A DNA stretch of 32,000 bases from Candidatus Omnitrophota bacterium (GTDB lineage: Bacteria; Omnitrophota; Gorgyraeia; 2-01-FULL-45-10): positions 60,001 through 92,000 of the forward strand of contig JAMWCX010000001.1 in NCBI GenBank assembly GCA_023818895.1, read 5' to 3'. The notes beneath the pieces were generated by a model that was given only the letters and a program-made list of their open reading frames with translations, did not search any database and had not been told where the DNA came from. Below are positions 26,761-32,000 of this stretch, one piece after another. The translations under genes and the position numbers were made by a program. Within the stretch, counting starts at the first letter, position 1, and every line of letters begins with the position of its first letter.

Positions 26761-27408
26761 ATGAGGAAGATAGGAAGATCCGATCTTAAAAATGTTTACG
26801 ATAAGCTTCTGAGACATTTCGGTCCGCAGGGTTGGTGGCCCGGAGACACCCGCTTTGAAATAATAGTGGGGGCGATACTTACACAGAACACAGCATGGAA
26901 GAACGTTGAAAAGGCAATATCTAATCTTAAGGCCGCTGGCGCGCTTGATTCTCCATCGGCTATGATGAAATTGGGGCAGCGCCGCATAGCGCGCCTTATA
27001 AGACCCGCCGGTTACTATAATGTCAAGGCAAAAAGACTTTGTAACTTCCTTCGTTTTCTCAGATCCAGACACGATTTTAGCCTCGATAACCTTAGCCGTT
27101 TGAAAACACCTTTATTGAGACAGGAGCTTCTGTCGGTTAACGGCATCGGTCCGGAGACATGCGATTCAATATTGTTATACGCCTTCAGAAGGCCTATATT
27201 TGTCGTGGATGCCTATACCAAAAGAATATTCTCGCGCCATGGATTGTTTGAAACAGGATCTTCTTACGATCATATACAGAAGATATTCATGGATAGCCTC
27301 CTGCCCGATCATATCTTATACAACGAGTACCATGCCCTTATAGTAAGGTTGGGTAAAGAACATTGCCGAAAGTGCCCAAATTGTGCGGAATGCCCTCTTA
27401 GCGGGTGA
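26761..27408 (+). CDS. endonuclease III-related HhH-GPD protein with a C-terminal Cys cluster
   Basis: FGPQGWWPGDTRFEIIVGAILTQNTAWKNVEKAI, the HhH element (LLSVNGIGPETCDSILLYAF), VVDAYTKR and a C-terminal CRKCPNCAECP. The start could instead be the ATG at 26728, which overlaps the peptidase gene. Confidence 0.8.
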   Translation: MRKIGRSDLKNVYDKLLRHFGPQGWWPGDTRFEIIVGAILTQNTAWKNVEKAISNLKAAGALDSPSAMMKLGQRRIARLIRPAGYYNVKAKRLCNFLRFLRSRHDFSLDNLSRLKTPLLRQELLSVNGIGPETCDSILLYAFRRPIFVVDAYTKRIFSRHGLFETGSSYDHIQKIFMDSLLPDHILYNEYHALIVRLGKEHCRKCPNCAECPLSG

Positions 27409-27414
27409 AATGTC

Positions 27415-27443
27415 TTGCAAATATATTTTTCTGATAATATAAT
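27415..27443 (+). promoter_or_regulatory. sigma70 promoter (TTGCAA-17 nt-TATAAT)
   Basis: TTGCAA at 27415-27420 and TATAAT at 27438-27443. It lies 24 nt upstream of the ATG at 27467, with a GAGGTG RBS. Confidence 0.62.
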
Positions 27444-27466
27444 ATTGAAAAAATGCGAGGTGAATT

Positions 27467-27886
27467 ATGCCAGTAAAAAATAAAAAGAAAATAGCTAAGA
27501 AAGCGGCAAGGAAGAAAGTAAAAAAGACGGCAAAGCCGCCACGGCGCAAGGTTGCAAAAAGATCTAAAGCTAAAATAAAGATTTCCAGGGCAGTTACCGC
27601 TAAAAAAGCCATGAAAATATCGCAAGGGCCGGAGGCGTCGCTTGAGAAGATAGGCGAGGTGACGCACTATTTCCCGCATGTGAGAGCTGCCGCCGTAATG
27701 CTGCTTAAGGATGGTTTGAAGGTCGGAGATGAGATATATCTGAAAGGCCACACTACCGACTTCAAGGAAAAAGTAGAGTCGATGCAGCTTGATCATGTGC
27801 CCATTCAGGAAGGTAAAAAGGGGCAGGAGATAGGCCTCCTTGTGAAAGAGCGGGTAAGAATTGGCGATAGTGTTTACAGGTTATAA
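27467..27886 (+). CDS. polybasic-tail protein with an EF-Tu domain II-like beta-barrel ('translation elongation factor-like protein')
   Basis: 139 aa. Roughly the first 50 aa are Lys/Arg/Ala-rich (MPVKNKKKIAKKAARKKVKKTAKPPRRKVAKRSKAKIKISRAVTAKKAMK). The C-terminus (IGEVTHYFPHVRAAAVMLLKDGLKVGDEIYLKGHTTDFKEKVESMQLDHVPIQEGKKGQEIGLLVKERVRIGDSVY) follows the translation-factor domain II pattern. Confidence 0.65.
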   Translation: MPVKNKKKIAKKAARKKVKKTAKPPRRKVAKRSKAKIKISRAVTAKKAMKISQGPEASLEKIGEVTHYFPHVRAAAVMLLKDGLKVGDEIYLKGHTTDFKEKVESMQLDHVPIQEGKKGQEIGLLVKERVRIGDSVYRL

Positions 27887-27889
27887 GAT

Positions 27890-28147
27890 ATGAACATATT
27901 TCAGAGAAGTATCTTGCTTGGCCTCGGCCTTGATTGCAAAGACGGTCATGTGCGAGTTACCAAGGGAAAGAATTTTCGGCTTTTCGGCGGTTCGGAAGAG
28001 ACGCACGAGATGATGCAGGAGAAAGCTATAAAATTCAACGAGCAGCTGGATAAGCGCCACAAGACCCTTGACGACATAAACGAGCAGGAATTTCTTGAGA
28101 TAGCCTCTTCCATAGGCCTTAAAGTGCCAAAGGAAAAGAAGCCCTGA
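27890..28147 (+). CDS. hypothetical protein (85 aa)
   Basis: The ORF starts 3 nt after the upstream stop and ends 19 nt before the efp-like gene. Its composition is coding-like (LGLGLDCKDGHVRVTKGKNFRLFGGSEETHEMMQEKAIKFNEQL). I recognise no family. Confidence 0.5.
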   Translation: MNIFQRSILLGLGLDCKDGHVRVTKGKNFRLFGGSEETHEMMQEKAIKFNEQLDKRHKTLDDINEQEFLEIASSIGLKVPKEKKP

Positions 28148-28166
28148 CCAAAAGGATGTCTTCGTC

Positions 28167-28727
28167 ATGATACAGGGAACCGACGTCCATGAGGGTATGC
28201 TCTTGCTTATAGACGGTAAAGTCTATAAGGTCATATCAGCGGCATTGAGAGGTTCGGCACAGGCCCATAAGATCATGCATCTGGGCCTGCGCTCCATTCC
28301 CGACGGACACTTTATCGAAAAGACCTATAATCCGGGCGAGAAGGTTGAGCAGATATTGCCCGATCGCTACCAGATGCAGTACCTTTATACAGACGGCAAG
28401 GACTATTATTTTATGAATACTGAAAGTTTTGAACAGTTTGCCGTCCCCGCCCAGATCGTCGGAAACATAGGCTTATATCTTAAGGAAAACGCCACCATAC
28501 AGGTGGAATTTTACAAAGGCAATCCCATTAACATAGTATTTCCCAAGACGGTAGAGCTTAAGGTGGTTTCCTGCCCGCCCGGTCTTCACGAGGGCACTGA
28601 TACAACTTTCAAGGAAGCTGTGCTTGAGAATGGCATCAAAACCCTTGTGCCGCAGTTTATAAAAGAAGGCGATACCGTAAAGCTGGATGTGGAGAGCGGA
28701 AAATATCTGGACAGAATAAAGAAGTAG
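28167..28727 (+). CDS. efp: elongation factor P family protein with a non-canonical beta3-beta4 loop (EfpL/YeiP-like)
   Basis: 186 aa with three-domain EF-P architecture (GMLLLIDGKVYKV..., YLYTDGKDYYFMNTESFEQ, VELKVVSCPPGL, GDTVKLDVESGKYLDR). The loop reads SAALRGSAQAHK instead of the canonical KPGKGQAF. Confidence 0.85.
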   Translation: MIQGTDVHEGMLLLIDGKVYKVISAALRGSAQAHKIMHLGLRSIPDGHFIEKTYNPGEKVEQILPDRYQMQYLYTDGKDYYFMNTESFEQFAVPAQIVGNIGLYLKENATIQVEFYKGNPINIVFPKTVELKVVSCPPGLHEGTDTTFKEAVLENGIKTLVPQFIKEGDTVKLDVESGKYLDRIKK

Positions 28728-28780
28728 CAGAGAATCTTAAGATTTGTTTGGAATTTTATATTTAAGGAGGTGATTACTAG

Positions 28781-28963
28781 ATGGCGAATATAAAGATAGA
28801 TGAATCGACATGCACAGGGTGCGGCCTTTGCGCGGCCAATTGTCCTGACGTATTCGAGGTGGGTGATGATGGCCTGGCGCATGTGATATCGGATAAATGC
28901 ACCAGCTGTGATATCAAGGAGATAGCAGATCAGTGCCCAGTAAATGCTATAACGGTCCAGTGA
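28781..28963 (+). CDS. small [4Fe-4S]-type ferredoxin
   Basis: 60 aa with CTGCGLCAANCPDVFEVGDDG...C...QCPVNAI, the single-cluster ferredoxin pattern. Strong RBS TAAGGAGGTG. Confidence 0.85.
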   Translation: MANIKIDESTCTGCGLCAANCPDVFEVGDDGLAHVISDKCTSCDIKEIADQCPVNAITVQ

Positions 28964-28964
28964 C

Positions 28965-29537
28965 ATGAAAGTAATAGGGATAAGCGCCAGTCCGCGCCAG
29001 GACGGAAACAGTGATGAGCTTTTGAATCGCGCCCTAGAGGGCGCTGCCTCAGCAGGGGCAGAAGTAAAGAAGATAATCCTTAACGAGCTTAAATTTGGAC
29101 CTTGCCAGGAATGCGGCGGGTGCGACAGGACTGGTTTTTGCGTGATCCACGACGGGCTGGAACCGGTGTATGCGCAGCTTGACGACGCCGACGCCATTGT
29201 GATAGCCTCGCCGGTCTTTTTCGCAAGCGTGAGCGCTCAGCTCAAGATGATGATCGACCGCTTTCAGTGCCGCTGGGTAGCCAAGTATATTCTCGGTAAA
29301 GGCGGCCGCTCCGGCAGGAGGCGGAAAGGGGCGCTTCTTCTGGCTTCCGGTTCTTACAAGAAGGAGTTTTTCGAGAATTCCAGGGCCGTGGTAAAGGCGT
29401 TCTTCGCGACGCTGGATGCCGAATATTCAGGAGAACTTTTCTGCGGCGGCCTGGAAAAGAAGGGCGACGCGGCAAAATACAAGGAATATCCCAACAGAGC
29501 GTATGAGATAGGCAGAGAGCTTGTCATAAATGGATAA
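28965..29537 (+). CDS. flavodoxin-like FMN reductase / iron-sulfur flavoprotein-like protein
   Basis: 190 aa. MKVIGISASPRQDGNSDELL is the FMN-reductase N-terminus. A compact Cys motif is present (CQECGGCDRTGFC), then ADAIVIASPVFFASVSAQLKMMIDR. It starts 1 nt after the ferredoxin stop. Confidence 0.8.
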   Translation: MKVIGISASPRQDGNSDELLNRALEGAASAGAEVKKIILNELKFGPCQECGGCDRTGFCVIHDGLEPVYAQLDDADAIVIASPVFFASVSAQLKMMIDRFQCRWVAKYILGKGGRSGRRRKGALLLASGSYKKEFFENSRAVVKAFFATLDAEYSGELFCGGLEKKGDAAKYKEYPNRAYEIGRELVING

Positions 29538-30300
29538 TAGGTATAAAAATACAGCGATCGAGGCCGCTTTAAAAAGCGGCGTTTTTATTAATAATTCGGT
29601 CGGAAGGGTTGGGAAGGTTTCATACAAGGGCAGGGATAATATTGTCACCGATATCGATAAGGCTTCCGAAAAGATGATTATCGGAATAATAAAATCCAAA
29701 TTCCCCGATCATTCGATACTTGCCGAAGAAGGCTCGTCCGACGCTACGGAGTCGCCCTATAAATGGATAATAGACCCTCTTGACGGTACGACGAATTTTG
29801 CGCATGGCTTTCCGTTTTTCTGCGTGTCGATTGCGCTTGAAAAGTTCGGAAAAGTTGTGCTCGGTGTGGTATACGACCCTGTCAGGAGGGAGCTTTTTTG
29901 CGCCGAATCTGGTAAGGGTGCTTATCTTAATAACCGCAGGATAAGCGTCTCTATGACGCGGCGCCTCTCCCAAAGTTTTCTTGCCACAGGCTTTTCGTAC
30001 GGTAAGGCCAGAAAAGATAAAAACGTTCGGAATTTTAAAAATCTTTTGATGCGATCACTCGCCATCCGCAGGGCTGGTTCAGCGGCGCTGGACTTATGCT
30101 ATGTTGCTTGCGGAAGGTTTGACGGTTTTTGGGAGATGTATCTCCAGCCGTGGGATAGCGCGGCCGGCGCTATTATCGTTGAAGAAGCCGATGGAATGGC
30201 AACTAAGTTTGACGGTTCTAAATTCTTTCCATACCATAAAAATATTCTCGCCACTAATGGACTAATTCATCGTCAGATGTCTCGTCTTCTTAGATACTAA
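29530..30300 (+). CDS. suhB: inositol monophosphatase family protein (SuhB-like)
   Basis: 256 aa with LAEEG, WIIDPLDGTTNFAHGFPFF and WDSAAGAIIVEEADG. It overlaps the upstream gene by 8 nt. Confidence 0.9.
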   Translation: MDNRYKNTAIEAALKSGVFINNSVGRVGKVSYKGRDNIVTDIDKASEKMIIGIIKSKFPDHSILAEEGSSDATESPYKWIIDPLDGTTNFAHGFPFFCVSIALEKFGKVVLGVVYDPVRRELFCAESGKGAYLNNRRISVSMTRRLSQSFLATGFSYGKARKDKNVRNFKNLLMRSLAIRRAGSAALDLCYVACGRFDGFWEMYLQPWDSAAGAIIVEEADGMATKFDGSKFFPYHKNILATNGLIHRQMSRLLRY

Positions 30301-30357
30301 GGATATCAAATATATCATTATATTTTGTTAGGATATAAAATAGTTAAATATTTACTA

Positions 30358-30386
30358 TTGACACTCTTAACGATTTGATATATACT
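30358..30386 (+). promoter_or_regulatory. sigma70 promoter (TTGACA-17 nt-TATACT)
   Basis: TTGACA at 30358-30363 and TATACT at 30381-30386, in an AT-rich spacer upstream of the 117-aa ORF. Confidence 0.6.
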
Positions 30387-30416
30387 TTAACCTGTTGAAA
30401 TTAGAAAAAGAAAGCT

Positions 30417-30770
30417 ATGAAATATAAAACTATTATTAAAATAACATCTGAGGCGCGAGATAAGAACGAGGCGATTGAGATCGTCGACGATTATCTTGCG
30501 GGAAACATACGGACTGGTGTTGATATGAAGTGTGCTACCAAGCCTGAGTGTAATTCCGTTAAGATAACCTGTGCGATAGCGATTTGTCTTGTGATTTTAT
30601 GGGCGATAGTCGTGCCTACCCAATTGAATACCACGCAAAGCCAAACTCAAAGTTCTCCGGCTTTCAGCGCAGTACAACCGCCGCTTAACACAGAGAGGGC
30701 GAACCCTGATTTCAAGAAGCGATGGGAAGAGCGCCGAATCAGAGAGACTCCTCGTAATATCAGGGGATAG
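30417..30770 (+). CDS. hypothetical single-pass membrane protein (117 aa)
   Basis: ORF downstream of a good promoter. It has one central TM segment (ITCAIAICLVILWAIVVP) and a Ser/Thr/Gln-rich then basic tail. The RBS is weak and I recognise no family. Confidence 0.45.
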   Translation: MKYKTIIKITSEARDKNEAIEIVDDYLAGNIRTGVDMKCATKPECNSVKITCAIAICLVILWAIVVPTQLNTTQSQTQSSPAFSAVQPPLNTERANPDFKKRWEERRIRETPRNIRG

Positions 30771-30809
30771 AAAGCGCAATCCGAATAAATCATCCGCATC
30801 TTATTTGCC

Positions 30810-30837
30810 TTGCAAATTCCAGCCTTTGTTGTATACT
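30810..30837 (+). promoter_or_regulatory. candidate sigma70 promoter (TTGCAA-16 nt-TATACT)
   Basis: TTGCAA at 30810-30815 and TATACT at 30832-30837, upstream of an AAAGGAG RBS and the ATG at 30874. Confidence 0.5.
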
Positions 30838-30873
30838 TAGATTCGAAGATTAAGTTAAAAAGGAGAATGGCGT

Positions 30874-31344
30874 ATGAGGATATTTATTTACATTGTAAGT
30901 ATGGTGTTGGCGCTGTCGTTTGGTCTGCAACCAGTATTCGCAGGATCTTATGACGATGATGATCAGGATAACGGTGCAGGATCGGTTTTGGGAGGTACTC
31001 TAATGGGCGGGCTTCTTGGAGGCGGCCTCGGCGCCGCGATCGGAAGCGCCTCAGGCAATGCCGGCAAGGGAGCTCTTATAGGAGCCGGCATTGGAGCGGT
31101 AGGCGGCTCGCTTATGGGCGCCAGTCAGGCTGATCAGAAGAAGAGAGAAAAACAGTACCGCCAGCAAGAAGAGATGTATGAACAGCAGCAGTACGTGCAG
31201 CAACAGCAGTATGTGCGGCAAGCACCAGAGTCTTCTTACGCGGTAGAACAGCTGCCGATAGAGAATGCAAAGATCAAAAAGCGAGTAATACGCCAGTACG
31301 ATGAGCAGGGCAACGTTATATCGGAGAAAGAAGTAGCGCAGTAA
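30874..31344 (+). CDS. secreted glycine-zipper protein with a Gln-rich C-terminal region
   Basis: 156 aa. The signal peptide is MRIFIYIVSMVLALSFGLQPVFA|GS, followed by an acidic DDDDQD patch. The glycine-zipper segment is GGTLMGGLLGGGLGAAIGSASGNAGKGALIGAGIGAVGGSLMGA. A QQQYVQQQQYVRQ repeat follows. Confidence 0.65.
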   Translation: MRIFIYIVSMVLALSFGLQPVFAGSYDDDDQDNGAGSVLGGTLMGGLLGGGLGAAIGSASGNAGKGALIGAGIGAVGGSLMGASQADQKKREKQYRQQEEMYEQQQYVQQQQYVRQAPESSYAVEQLPIENAKIKKRVIRQYDEQGNVISEKEVAQ

Positions 31345-31377
31345 TAATTCATTAAAGCTATATTCAAGTATATGCAT

Positions 31378-31427
31378 AGGCGGCTTTTTAACAACGGCAG
31401 TTAAATGAGCCGCCTGTTTTATTTTTG
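31378..31427 (+). terminator. Rho-independent terminator
   Basis: AGGCGGCT (31378-31385) pairs with AGCCGCCT (31408-31415), with an inner TTTAAC/GTTAAA extension. GTTTTATTTTTG follows. Confidence 0.7.
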
Positions 31428-31444
31428 TTTATGATGGGACATAT

Positions 31445-32000
31445 ATGATCGTAAAGAAAGAAAACTCTTTTTTAATGGCCTATCTTGAAGATAGCTCAAA
31501 TGTCAAAGGGGGATATGCCGATGAGGTTGTGATCCCTGAGAACATTGACGAGTTATGCGCTTTCTTGAAGGACGCGAACGCAAAAAAAATGCCTGTTACG
31601 ATATCTGGAGGGGGGACTGGAACAACCGGATCGCGAATACCGTTCGGCGGGGCAGTGATATCGCTTGAAAGATTCAATAGGATACTTGCCATAGACTCTG
31701 ACCGCAAGAGCGCATTAGTTCAGAGTGGCGTGATGGTAGACGACCTGAAGAAAGCCTGTGATGAAAAAAAATTATTCTATACTTCCCATCCCACTGAAAA
31801 TACCGCGTCAGTCGGAGGGACGATCGCCACAAACGCTTCAGGGGCAAGGTCCTTTAAATATGGGGCAACTCGAAGGTATGTCAGGACCCTTAAGATGGTT
31901 CTCGCAAACGGAGAGATCCTGGAAATAAGAAGAAATCGGTCCGTTCTTTCGCGTAAAGATTCCCGGATAATCCTACCGGGCGAGAGTGCCATCACCGTGC
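31445..32000 (+). CDS. FAD-binding oxidoreductase (PCMH-type FAD-binding domain, GlcD-like), N-terminal part; continues past the window end
   Basis: My translation from the ATG at 31445 is open to the window edge. It reads MIVKKENSFLMAYLEDSSNVKGGYADEVVIPENIDELCAFLKDANAKKMPVTISGGGTGTTGSRIPFGGAVISLERFNRILAIDSDRKSALVQSGVMVDDLKKACDEKKLFYTSHPTENTASVGGTIATNASGARSFKYGATRRYV..., which is typical of the FAD_binding_4 domain. It is absent from the ORF track because it has no stop in the window. Confidence 0.8.
   Translation, partial: MIVKKENSFLMAYLEDSSNVKGGYADEVVIPENIDELCAFLKDANAKKMPVTISGGGTGTTGSRIPFGGAVISLERFNRILAIDSDRKSALVQSGVMVDDLKKACDEKKLFYTSHPTENTASVGGTIATNASGARSFKYGATRRYVRTLKMVLANGEILEIRRNRSVLSRKDSRIILPGESAITV

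Noticed and set aside
28733-28744. Perfect 12-bp palindrome AATCTTAAGATT between efp and the ferredoxin gene.
   Set aside because: It is short, AT-rich and unique in the window. It cannot form a hairpin with a loop, and I cannot distinguish it from chance.

Overview
This window is a densely packed stretch of core chromosome in which every gene I can support is on the + strand: about 40 CDS and one tRNA-Arg(CCT). I found no rRNA, CRISPR array, transposase, integrase or phage genes. LpxA, a TonB-type protein and a beta-barrel outer-membrane protein mark the organism as diderm. Heavy use of ATA, AGA and AGG codons and several unassignable small proteins suggest an uncultivated lineage, but I cannot place it from sequence alone. 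Left to right: cobO (3' part), a TonB-like protein, CIRCE-controlled groES-groEL, a GuaB3-type IMPDH-related protein, dnaE, a hypothetical protein coupled to an HU/IHF protein, and hisS-aspS. Next comes a phoH-ybeY-dgkA/PAP2-recO-glyQS-ppdK-sigma70 block, then apt, tRNA-Arg, a PHP phosphoesterase, and a porin-like OMP behind a long leader. A six-gene envelope-flavoured operon follows (DUF4870, DUF3047, 2TM-HAMP, lpxA, M48 peptidase, EndoIII-like). After it comes a three-gene translation-factor-like operon: a polybasic EF-Tu-domain-II protein, an 85-aa unknown, and an EF-P homologue with a non-canonical loop. The window ends with ferredoxin, an iron-sulfur flavoprotein-like protein, an inositol monophosphatase, two small secreted or membrane proteins, and the 5' part of an FAD-binding oxidase. 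Most of this is ordinary housekeeping and I see no clear novel defence or mobile system. The best candidates for something undescribed are the translation-factor-like trio (27415-28727), the roughly 225-nt leader upstream of the OMP (21363-21622), the envelope operon with a stand-alone HAMP protein coupled to lpxA, and the DgkA-PAP2 fusion. All family calls come from my own motif recognition on the translations; no database search was run.
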